Made by a program: the position numbers and the translations under genes. Positions 20,112 through 29,234 of a stretch of DNA of 64,000 bases are shown here, in pieces. Below the pieces are notes generated by a model that saw only the letters and a program-made list of their open reading frames with translations, did no database searches and was not told where the DNA came from. Position 1 is the stretch's first letter. Each line of letters begins with the position of its first letter. The stretch spans positions 1,568,001-1,632,000 of the forward strand of contig CAWANH010000029.1 of assembly GCA_963783375.1 (NCBI GenBank), given 5' to 3'. This DNA comes from Candidatus Eiseniibacteriota bacterium. GTDB lineage: Bacteria; Eisenbacteria; RBG-16-71-46; JABDJR01.

Positions 20112-21605
20112 ATGACCGAGCGCGATCCGAACCTGGATAGCCAGGAGCAACCGATCCGGAAGAAGCTGGGCCTCTTCGGTGGGGCGATGCTCTTCGGGCT
20201 GTTGCTCTTCCTGCCGCCTGCCGGCGGGCTTTCGATTCCGGGATGGCGAACCGCGGCCATCGCGCTTCTCATGGCCGTATGGTGGATGACCGAGGCCATC
20301 CCGATCCCGGCCACCGCGCTCCTCCCCCTGGTTCTCTTCCCGGCGCTGGGCATCCTGAAGATGCCCGACGCCGCCTCGCCCTATGCCAACCACCTGATCT
20401 TCCTCTTCATGGGCGGTTTCTTCATCGCCATGGCCATGCAACGGTGGAACCTCCACCGGCGGATCGCCCTCTCCATCATCGCCCGGGTGGGAACCGGTCC
20501 CCGGCGGCTCGTCCTGGGGTTCATGCTGGCCACCGCGTTCCTCTCCATGTGGATCTCCAACACCGCCACCGCGGCCATGATGCTCCCGATCGCGCTGGCG
20601 GTGGGCGAGATGTTCCGCCCTCCGGGGATCGGATCCGGACGCTATCACTTCGGCATCGCCCTGATGCTGGGCATCGCCTACGGGTCCTCGATCGGCGGGG
20701 TGGCCACCCTGATCGGCACCCCGCCCAACGCGGTCTTCGCCGCCGCCGCCGGCGAACTCCTGGGCCGCCCGGTGGGGTTCCTGGAGTGGATGGCGGTCGG
20801 CCTCCCGGTGGCCGCGGTCTTCCTCCCGGTGGCCTGGCTCCTGTTGGTCGGGGTGCTCCACCGGCCGGGGGTGCTGTCCGGTGAAGCCGGCGCGGTCATC
20901 GCCGGGGAGCGCGCCCGCCTGGGCCCCATGAGCCGGGGCGAGCGCGGGGTGGCCACGGTGTTCGTCCTGACCGCGGCGGCCTGGATCCTCCGCGAGCCGA
21001 AGACCTTCGGCGGGATCACGATCCCCGGTATCCAGTCCCTGGCTCCGGGGGTCGAGGACTCGACCATCGCCATCGCCGCCTCGGTCGCGCTCTTCCTCCT
21101 CCCGGTCGACTGGCGGCGCGGGGTGTTCGCCCTGGACTGGCCCACCGCCCGGAAGATCCCCTGGGGGGTGCTGGTGCTGTTCGGCGGCGGCCTCTCCCTG
21201 GCCCGGGCCATGGACAAGAGCGGGCTGGCGGCGTGGATCGGGAGCCGGGTGGCGGGGATGAGCGGCCTCCCGGTGGTGCTGATCGTGGCCGCGGTGGCCG
21301 TGCTGTTCGTCTTCCTGACCGAGATCACCTCGAACACCGCCACCGCCACCATGGCCATGCCGGTCATGGCGGGGGCCGCGGCCGGCCTGGGGCTGGCCCC
21401 CATCACCCTCATGGCCACCGCCGCCCTGGCCTCCTCCATGGCCTTCATGCTCCCGGTGGCCACCCCGCCCAACGCCATCGTCTTCGCCTCCGAGTACCTG
21501 ACCATCCCCGAGATGTCCCGGGCCGGCTTCTGGATGAACATGGTGGCCGTGGCGCTCACCGCCCTGGCGGGGGCGTTCCTCGTCCCCTACTTCCTGGTCC
21601 GCTGA
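20112..21605 (+). CDS. SLC13/DASS family di/tricarboxylate or sulfate symporter
   Basis: WWMTEAIP, SMWISNTAT, IGTPPN, TEITSNTAT, MLPVATPPNAIVF. Confidence 0.93.
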   Translation: MTERDPNLDSQEQPIRKKLGLFGGAMLFGLLLFLPPAGGLSIPGWRTAAIALLMAVWWMTEAIPIPATALLPLVLFPALGILKMPDAASPYANHLIFLFMGGFFIAMAMQRWNLHRRIALSIIARVGTGPRRLVLGFMLATAFLSMWISNTATAAMMLPIALAVGEMFRPPGIGSGRYHFGIALMLGIAYGSSIGGVATLIGTPPNAVFAAAAGELLGRPVGFLEWMAVGLPVAAVFLPVAWLLLVGVLHRPGVLSGEAGAVIAGERARLGPMSRGERGVATVFVLTAAAWILREPKTFGGITIPGIQSLAPGVEDSTIAIAASVALFLLPVDWRRGVFALDWPTARKIPWGVLVLFGGGLSLARAMDKSGLAAWIGSRVAGMSGLPVVLIVAAVAVLFVFLTEITSNTATATMAMPVMAGAAAGLGLAPITLMATAALASSMAFMLPVATPPNAIVFASEYLTIPEMSRAGFWMNMVAVALTALAGAFLVPYFLVR

Positions 21606-21829
21606 TCCGAGACCCCGAAGGGGCGCTCACCGGTCGGAGGGGCCGCCGGGAGGGCGGTCGGCCCCGCCGGGGCCGATGTATCGCGCCGGGGCCGATCCCG
21701 CCGGAGCCGGTCTCGAAACACGATTTCTCTTATAGCTTTTCTCTTGGTCCCCCCCGGGGGTGGTTCATCTATAGTCGGCCGCGGTTGAGCGCAACCAACC
21801 AATGACCTTCACCGGCACGGAGAACCCCC

Positions 21830-22591
21830 ATGAACACCAAGCACGCACGGATCCTGGTTACCGCGGCCGCGCTCCTCGCGGCGGTCGGATGTCAGAACAC
21901 AACATCCCAGAACGCCAACGGGGAGATGAACGCCTCCGCGGATTCCTCGGAAGCCCCGGGGGCCATGAGCTCGGCCAAGGCCGGCAAGGTCCTGGAGACC
22001 ATGAGCACCGCGGGCTATACCTACGTGCAGGTTGACACGGGCCGTGAAACCTTCTGGGCCGCCGCCCCCGAGTTCGACGTCGAAGTCGGCGACAAGGTGT
22101 CGGTTCCGGCGGGCATGGCGATGGAGAACTACCATAGTCAGACCCTGAACCGGGATTTCAACGTGGTCTACTTCGCTCCGGCCATCACGGTGGCCGGAAA
22201 AGAAGGGGTGGCCCAGGCGCTACCCGAGGGACACCCCTCCATGGGAGCGAAGACCCGGCCCGCAGACCTGGACCTTTCCGGGATCCAGAAGGCCGAGGGT
22301 GGGGACACCGTGGCCGGCTGGTTCGGCAAGAAGGCCGGGTTGGCCGGGAAGGAAGTCCGGGTGCAGGGGAAGGTGGTGAAGGTCAACAACGGCATCATGG
22401 GACGCAACTGGATTCACGTCCAGGACGGTTCCGGCGAGGCCGGGTCCAACGATCTCACCGTGACCACCGACGCGGTGGTGAAGGTGGGAGACGTCGTGCT
22501 GGTCAAGGGCACGGCGGCGATCGACAAGGACTTCGGGGCCGGGTACAAGTACGACCTCATCGTGGAGAACGCCGAGGTCACCGTCCAGTAG
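21830..22591 (+). CDS. Lipoprotein with OB-fold domains
   Basis: Lipobox AVGC; GKVLETM..AGYTYV; LPEGHP; GKVVK...IMGRNWIHVQDG; DKDFGAGY. Confidence 0.75.
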   Translation: MNTKHARILVTAAALLAAVGCQNTTSQNANGEMNASADSSEAPGAMSSAKAGKVLETMSTAGYTYVQVDTGRETFWAAAPEFDVEVGDKVSVPAGMAMENYHSQTLNRDFNVVYFAPAITVAGKEGVAQALPEGHPSMGAKTRPADLDLSGIQKAEGGDTVAGWFGKKAGLAGKEVRVQGKVVKVNNGIMGRNWIHVQDGSGEAGSNDLTVTTDAVVKVGDVVLVKGTAAIDKDFGAGYKYDLIVENAEVTVQ

Positions 22592-22671
22592 CTTTGCATC
22601 TGCCATTTCACGCCCGGGGGCCATCCGGGCCGCGAAGTCGCCCTCCGGCCGCGAGGCCGGGGGGCGTACCT

Positions 22672-23271
22672 CTATACGAGCACCAGCTTCCGGTCCTTCC
22701 AGAGATCCCGCCACGCGCCCGGCGGCCCGAAGAACTCCTCCATGAAGCCATCGATCTCTCCCCGGGTTTGTTTCGAGAGCAGGGCGGCCAGCTCCTCCAT
22801 GGCCGTTCCACCGATGCCGAAGGGGAGCCCGGTGAAGAGCATGTCCCCCCCGTCGCACTGGGCGCAGACCTGGAACTCGGTCTCCCGGTCGAGCGGCGTG
22901 CCCTTCACCACGCAGGCGGAAAACCAGGGCTCCGGCTCCATCCCCGACTCGATCATCAACCGGTCTCGGCGCGCTTCCAGGTCCACGTTCCGCCCGAAGT
23001 AGGCGTTGATCCGCGCGGCGGACTCCTCCGAGAAGCTGGCCTGGACCTCCCCCATGCAGGGGACGCACATCGCGTACTCGAAGATCGTGGTGCGAAGGCC
23101 CGAGGCGGGATGGTTCCGGAACGCCTTTTCGATCACGTACTGCTCGCCGTCGATGAGCAGGTACCCTCCGCACTTGAGGCAGCGGTCGAAGGGGGCGTCC
23201 GTCTCCTCGGAATGGAGGAGCTTCGGGACCGGGATGTACTCGTAGACGGGGCGGACTTCGCGTTCGTTCAT
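22672..23271 (-). CDS. Hypothetical Cys-motif protein
   Basis: 199-aa ORF with coding-like composition; CLKC, CVPC and CAQC motifs. Confidence 0.65.
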   Translation of the reverse strand: MNEREVRPVYEYIPVPKLLHSEETDAPFDRCLKCGGYLLIDGEQYVIEKAFRNHPASGLRTTIFEYAMCVPCMGEVQASFSEESAARINAYFGRNVDLEARRDRLMIESGMEPEPWFSACVVKGTPLDRETEFQVCAQCDGGDMLFTGLPFGIGGTAMEELAALLSKQTRGEIDGFMEEFFGPPGAWRDLWKDRKLVLV

Positions 23272-23360
23272 GGTCGGGATTCCCTCAGGAACCGATCATA
23301 ACATCCGGCCACGGCCGACGTTTCGAGCCCGCGCGTGGCCCGCCCCGCCAGGGCTCCCGG

Positions 23361-23750
23361 CTAGCGCATCCCCGAGAGCGCGGCAAGCATGGTCCCGCCG
23401 CTCACGATCAAGGCGATCACCATGAAGGCCAGGCTCAACAGGACCAACACTCCCTGGACGGTGAAGAAGGTCTTGAGCCGGTTGAGGGAACCGACGAGCT
23501 GGGCCTTGTCCCCGCCGAGCTGGGCCGCCTCGGCGCCGTCGGCGGCCTTGAACAGGAGCACCCCCATCCAGATGGGGAGCCAGCACACGACAAGGCCGAC
23601 CAGGGTGATGGCGTACAGCACGCCGGTCACGATGAGGAGCACCCCCAGGAGCTTCATCCACCCCTTGGCCTGGAAGAGCGGGATGCTGATCTCCTTCACG
23701 GTCTGGGTGGGATCGGGCGAGGCGACGGCACGCGATTCGTAGTCGGTCAT
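23361..23750 (-). CDS. DUF5362-like membrane protein
   Basis: KGWMKLLGV, WLPIWMGVLLF, L..FF..QGV; GGAGG before ATG 23750. Confidence 0.75.
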   Translation of the reverse strand: MTDYESRAVASPDPTQTVKEISIPLFQAKGWMKLLGVLLIVTGVLYAITLVGLVVCWLPIWMGVLLFKAADGAEAAQLGGDKAQLVGSLNRLKTFFTVQGVLVLLSLAFMVIALIVSGGTMLAALSGMR

Positions 23751-23854
23751 GGATCGGACCTCCCGACGGTTCGATGGTGATCGGCCATTTTCAGCACTCG
23801 TGCCGGAAACTACACCGGGGCCGCGGAACTGCCAAGGGGGCGAGGAGAGCGGGA

Positions 23855-26521
23855 TTATCGCCGGGCGAGCCCAGCCGTCCAGTTCACCACGATCGAGGTC
23901 GGGGACACCAGGCCATGCCGGCTGTTGTCGATCGCCAGGAAACGGTCTCCGTTCCCGTGCACGGCGTAATGATTGCGGTATCCGTCGGCCCCGGAGGCGA
24001 AGGGAGCGGTGAAGAGGGGCTTGGGAAGCCCCGGCCGGAAACCATCCCGGGTGTCCACCTCCACCACGGTCACGACGTTGGGGAGCGTCACGTAGAAGAG
24101 CTCGGTGCCGTCCGCGCTCCACTGGGGCTCGTTGGCGCCCTGGGTGGAAATCTGCCACTTGCCGGTCCCCTGGGGGAACGGCCGGACGTAGACCTGGCGA
24201 GTGCCGCTCTCGGTACTCACATAGGCGATCCACCGTCCGTCCGGAGAGACCGTGCCGTGTCCCTGGTCGAACTTCTCCCGGATCACCGGGAACGGCTTGG
24301 CGTCTCCGGTGAGCGGCACCGCCCACACGTCCCGCCCGGTCTCCCGGGAGTTGCGCCTCACGATCAGGTACTTTCCATCCCGGGTCACGCCGGTGAGGGA
24401 TTTTCCTACGCTGTCCTCCCAGACCGGGCTCGTATCTCCGGTTCCCGAAGCCTCACGGGAATAGATGTTGCCGACCCCGGCGCGCTCGGAGACGAAATAT
24501 ACCCGCGCCCCGTCCGCGGACCATATCGGCTCGTAGTCCCACTTGGGATCGAAGGTGAGGCGCGACTCGGTCCCCCGCTGGGTGTCGTAGACCCACACGT
24601 CGCCCGCGCCGCCCTCGTTCGATCGGTCCGCGGCCACCCGGGTGCCGTCCGGAGAGAGCGCCGGATCCCCCCAATCCGACTCCGTCGCCATGGTCTTCAG
24701 CGTGCGCCCCTCCCGGTCTACCCATGCCAGACGCGACACCCGCCCCCCCTGCTCGCGATAGGCGAGGATGCCGGCGTCGGACAGGGAGAAGTCCGCGAGG
24801 CCCTGGCCGTTCCCACCCACCTGTTCGGTGACCGGGAAGGACTCCCCGGTGAAGCGAAGCTCGTCCGGGTCGAACTGCCGGCCCAGAAGCGTGCCTTCCT
24901 GGGCCCAGAGGAGATAGCCCGAGGGCGTGTATTCCATACGAGTTCCCGCCGGACCCAGGGTCCGGGTCTCGAAGGAGCCGACCTCGGCCAGCTTGAGGCT
25001 GTCGGCGGTCCCACCCCCGTGCAAGGCCAGGTAGAGGAAGTGCTTGCCGTCGGGAAGGAAGTGCGGCCACGCGCTCCCGGTCTCCCCCGCCGCGTGGTCG
25101 ATCCGGGTCATCGGCTTGGGCATGCCGCCCGAGGCGGGCACCGCCCGGATCGAGTCGGTGCTGCTCCCATCGAAGATGATGAGGCCGCCCTCACCCCAGC
25201 TGTCGTCTGAACCCTGGACGCCGTCCAGGAGGGTCTGGGTCGCCCCTCCGCCCACGTCGATGCGCTTGAGCCGCGTCCCGGTGAAGAAGGCCAGCGACTT
25301 GGAATCCGGCGACCAGCAGGGGCGGGTCGCGCCCTCGGTGCCGGCCAGCGGGTGCGCGTCGAAGCTGTCCAGGGGCTGGATCCAGATTCGCGCGGTGCCG
25401 GTGGAGTCGGTGGCGTTGTAGGCCAGGTACTTCCCGTCCGGTGAGAGCTTGGGGGAGTCGATCGACACGACGCCGTGGGGGGCGGGGATCTGGTAGCGAA
25501 GCACCCGTGGCGCCGGGGGTTTGGGGCGCATGAGGTCGCGCGCTCCCAGGGCGATCACCCCCAGCCCGAGAACCGCGGCGGCGATCCAGGCGACCCGTTC
25601 CCGGCTCCGCCGCCGGTGGGCCACCGGCTTCGGCACCCCCGCCGCCGATCCACCCTCGGCGATCCACTGAAGCTGCAACGCGACGTCGTGCGCGGTCTGC
25701 CACCGCTTCTCCGGGTCCTTGTCCAGGCACACCCGCACCACCCGGTCGAGCGCCGGCGGCGCCATGGCCTGGAAGGTGGAGATCGGGGCCGGCTGATCCT
25801 TGAGAATCGAGGCGATCAGGGACGCCTGGCTGTTCCCCTGAAACGCCGGCTTCCCCGTGGCCATCTCGTAGAGCACGGCTCCCAGGGCGAAGATGTCGGT
25901 CCGGTTGTCCGCCTCCTTCCCCTCCAGCTGCTCCGGGGCCATGTACTGGAAGGTCCCCAGGATCGTCCCCTCCGCGGTGAGCGGCGTCCTCGGATTCCGC
26001 GACTCCGCCTTCATGGTCAGGGACGACGTGGGGGTTGCCGCCTCCACCCCCATCTTGGCCAGCCCGAAGTCCAGGAGCTTGGCCCCGCTCCGGGTAAGCA
26101 TGATGTTCCCCGGCTTCAGGTCCCGGTGCACCACCCCGCTCCGGTGGGCGGCGGACAGGGCCTCGGCGATCTGGACCCCGAGCCGGAGAACCTCGTCGGA
26201 CGAGAGGGGCTCCCCACCGAGCCGGTCCGCCAGGCTCTGCCCCTCCAGGAACTCCATCACCAGGAAGTCCACCCCGTCCTGGTGCCCCACGTCGTAGAGG
26301 GAGCAGATATGGGGGTGCGAGAGCGAGGAGATCGCCCGGGCCTCGCGCTCGAAGCGCTCCCGGAGCTCCGGGTTGGCCGAGAGGTGGCCGGGCAGCACCT
26401 TGATCGCCACCAGGCGGTCGAGACGCGTGTCCTTGGCGCGATACACCTCGCCCATGCCGCCGGCGCCGAGGGGTTCCAGGATCTCGTAGGGGCCCAATCG
26501 CAGGCCGGGGTTCAAGGGCAT
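23855..26521 (-). CDS. Ser/Thr kinase - TM - TolB/PD40 beta-propeller, copy 1
   Basis: GAGGMGEV, VAIK, HRDLKPGN, DFG, GTFQYMAPE; TM helix after RRSRER; many SPDG repeats. Confidence 0.93.
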   Translation of the reverse strand: MPLNPGLRLGPYEILEPLGAGGMGEVYRAKDTRLDRLVAIKVLPGHLSANPELRERFEREARAISSLSHPHICSLYDVGHQDGVDFLVMEFLEGQSLADRLGGEPLSSDEVLRLGVQIAEALSAAHRSGVVHRDLKPGNIMLTRSGAKLLDFGLAKMGVEAATPTSSLTMKAESRNPRTPLTAEGTILGTFQYMAPEQLEGKEADNRTDIFALGAVLYEMATGKPAFQGNSQASLIASILKDQPAPISTFQAMAPPALDRVVRVCLDKDPEKRWQTAHDVALQLQWIAEGGSAAGVPKPVAHRRRSRERVAWIAAAVLGLGVIALGARDLMRPKPPAPRVLRYQIPAPHGVVSIDSPKLSPDGKYLAYNATDSTGTARIWIQPLDSFDAHPLAGTEGATRPCWSPDSKSLAFFTGTRLKRIDVGGGATQTLLDGVQGSDDSWGEGGLIIFDGSSTDSIRAVPASGGMPKPMTRIDHAAGETGSAWPHFLPDGKHFLYLALHGGGTADSLKLAEVGSFETRTLGPAGTRMEYTPSGYLLWAQEGTLLGRQFDPDELRFTGESFPVTEQVGGNGQGLADFSLSDAGILAYREQGGRVSRLAWVDREGRTLKTMATESDWGDPALSPDGTRVAADRSNEGGAGDVWVYDTQRGTESRLTFDPKWDYEPIWSADGARVYFVSERAGVGNIYSREASGTGDTSPVWEDSVGKSLTGVTRDGKYLIVRRNSRETGRDVWAVPLTGDAKPFPVIREKFDQGHGTVSPDGRWIAYVSTESGTRQVYVRPFPQGTGKWQISTQGANEPQWSADGTELFYVTLPNVVTVVEVDTRDGFRPGLPKPLFTAPFASGADGYRNHYAVHGNGDRFLAIDNSRHGLVSPTSIVVNWTAGLARR

Positions 26522-26543
26522 CGGGGTCTCCTGTCGGATCGGG

Positions 26544-29212
26544 TCACCGCCGGGCGATCTCGGCCGCCCAGTTCACGATCAGCGTGGTGGGCTCGAGCGT
26601 CTCGGCGGAGTTGGGCGAGAGGAGAAGGAACCGGCTGCCGTCACCGAACACGGCGTAGCGATTCCTTCCGTTCGTGGATTGGGTCACGTTGGCGGGAAAG
26701 AGGCGCCGGGGTGTCCCGGCCTGGAATCCCGCTTCGGTCCGGACGGCCACGGCCATGAGGTTCCGGTTGGGATCCATGTAGTAGATCGTCTCTCCGTCGT
26801 TGCTCCACTGGGGTTCGTCCCCGCCGTCGGTCGAGACCTGCCACTTGCCCCCAGGTCCCGGGAAGGGCTGCACGTAGACCTGGTTGATCTGGCTCTCCCC
26901 GCTGACGTAGGCGACCCACTTCCCGTCCGGGGAGAACATCCCCCGGCCTTCGTAGAGGGGGGTCTGGACGAACGGGTACGGTTTCGCATCCCCCTCGACC
27001 GGAACCACCCAGAGGTCGTTGCCGGACTTCGGGTCCGAACGCTGAGCCAGGATGAACTTGCCGTCCGGCGACCACGAACTGGGATACTTGGACATGTCGT
27101 CATGCCAGAGCGAGACGGCATCGCCGGTTCCGCTCGCATCCTTCACGAAGAGGTCCCTCGGGCCGTCACGGTCCGAGGTGAAGACGATCCGTCGGCCGTC
27201 CGGCGACCACACCGGGAAGAAATCCTGCTTGGGGCTGAAGGTGAGCCGGGACGCCGTACCCCGGGTGGTCTCCAGGACCCAGGTATCGAAGGACGCGAGT
27301 TTGTCGTCCAGGATCGAGACCGCGATCCGGGTGCCGGTAGGATCGATCACCGGGGCCATGTAGGCGGCGGGCTTTCCCACGCTCCCCTGGGGTTTGCCCG
27401 CCGGATCCACCCAGACCAGGCGCTGGTTCTGCACCTCCCCTCGCCGGTAGGCCAGGATGCCGTTCCGGGAGAGCGAGAAGTCCGCCAGCCCGTAGGAGGT
27501 CGTGGTCACCGCCTCGGTCACCGGAAAGGGATCGCCCTTGAACGTCGCGGCCCCCGGGTCGAACCGGCGCGCCAGCAGCGTTCCGTCCTGGACGTAGAGC
27601 AGGTACCCCGGATCCGCAAACTCGATCCGGGAGTTTCCCGGCCCGATCACCTTGGTCTCGAAATTTCCCAACTCACCGACCTTGAGCGATCCCACCTTGG
27701 CGTCGGCGTAGTCCACCTGGAACACGAAGTGCTTGCCGTCGGGGAGGAAGTACGGCCAGCCGTCGGTTACCTCCTTCTGCGAGCGGTCGAGCCGGGTGGC
27801 GGGAGCGGGCACGCCACCGCCGGCGGGAACGCGCCGCAGGGAGTCGCCGGCCTGGGCGTCGAACAGGATCACCCCTTCCGAGCTCCAGGAACCGTCCGAT
27901 CCGTTCACGACGTCGGTCAGGGTCTGCACCGGCCCGCCGCCCACATCCACCCGTTTCAGGCGCCCCTCGGCGAAGAAGGCCAGGGATCGGGAATCCGGCG
28001 ACCAGAAGGGCCGGCGGGCGCCGTCGGTGCCGTCCAGGGGATGGGCGGTGAAGGCGTCCAGGGGTTGGACCCAGATCCGCGTCGTTCCGGTGGAGTCGGT
28101 ACCGTTGTAGGCCAGGTAGCGCCCGTTCGGCGAGAGCTTGGGCGAGTCCATGAAGGTGAGCTCGGGAGGCGTGCCGAGCTTGTATCGCAGGGTCTGGACG
28201 TCGGGGCGGCTTCGATGAGTGACCATGTACCCCAGCGCCCCCGACGCCACCACCGCGAACACCGCGGCCGCGATCCAGGCCGTCCGCTCCCGGCTCCGTC
28301 GCCGCTGCGCCACCGGCTTCGGCACCCCCGCCGCCGATCCCCCCTCCGCGATCCACTCCAGCTGCAGCGCCACGTCGTGCGCGGTCTGCCACCGCTCCTC
28401 CGGATCCTTCTTCAGGCACGTCCGACCACCCGGTCCAGCGCCGGCGGCGCCAGCGGCATCACCTGCGAGATCGGCGCCGGGCTCGCCGACATGATCGACG
28501 CGATCAGCGACGCCTGGCTCTTCCCCTCGAACGCCCGCCTCCCCGTCACCATCTCGTACAGCACCGCCCCCAGCGCGAAGATGTCCGTCCGCGCGTCCGC
28601 CTCCACCCCCTCCAGCTGCTCCGGCGCCATGTACTGGAACGTCCCCAGGATCGTCCCCTCCGCGGTCAGCGGCGTCCGCGGGTCCTGCGTCGGCGCCTTC
28701 ATGGTCAAGGACGACGACGACGGCGCCTCCGCCTCCACCCCCATCCGCGCCAGACCGAAGTCCAAGAGCTTCACCCCGCTCCGGGTCAGCATCACGTTCC
28801 CCGGCTTCAAGTCCCGGTGCACCACCCCGCTCCGGTGCGCCGCGGCCAGCGCCTCCGCCATCTGACGGCCGATCCGGAGCACGTCCTCCAGCGGCATGGG
28901 ACCCCCGGCCACCTTGTCGGCCAGGGTCTGCCCCTCCAGGTACTCCATCACCAGGAAGTCCGTGCCGTCCTCGTGACCCACGTCGTAGAGCGCGCAGATG
29001 TGGGGGTGGGTCAGGGACGAGATCGCCCGCGCCTCCCGGTCGAACCGCTGCCGGAGCTCCGGGTTGGCGGAAAGATGGGTGGGCAGGATCTTGATCGCCA
29101 CCGAGCGGTCCAGACGCGTGTCCTTGGCCCGGTAGACCTCACCCATCCCTCCCGCGCCGAGGGGTTCGAGGATCTCGTACGGGCCCAGGCGATGGCCGGG
29201 GTTCAACGGCAT
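26544..29212 (-). CDS. Ser/Thr kinase - TM - TolB/PD40 beta-propeller, copy 2 (1-bp deletion near 28423)
   Basis: ORFs 28412-29212 and 26544-28373 join if the T present in copy 4 (CACGTCCTGACC versus CACGTCCGACC) is restored. Confidence 0.88.
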
Positions 29213-29234
29213 GGCGGTTCCCTTCGGAGGACGG

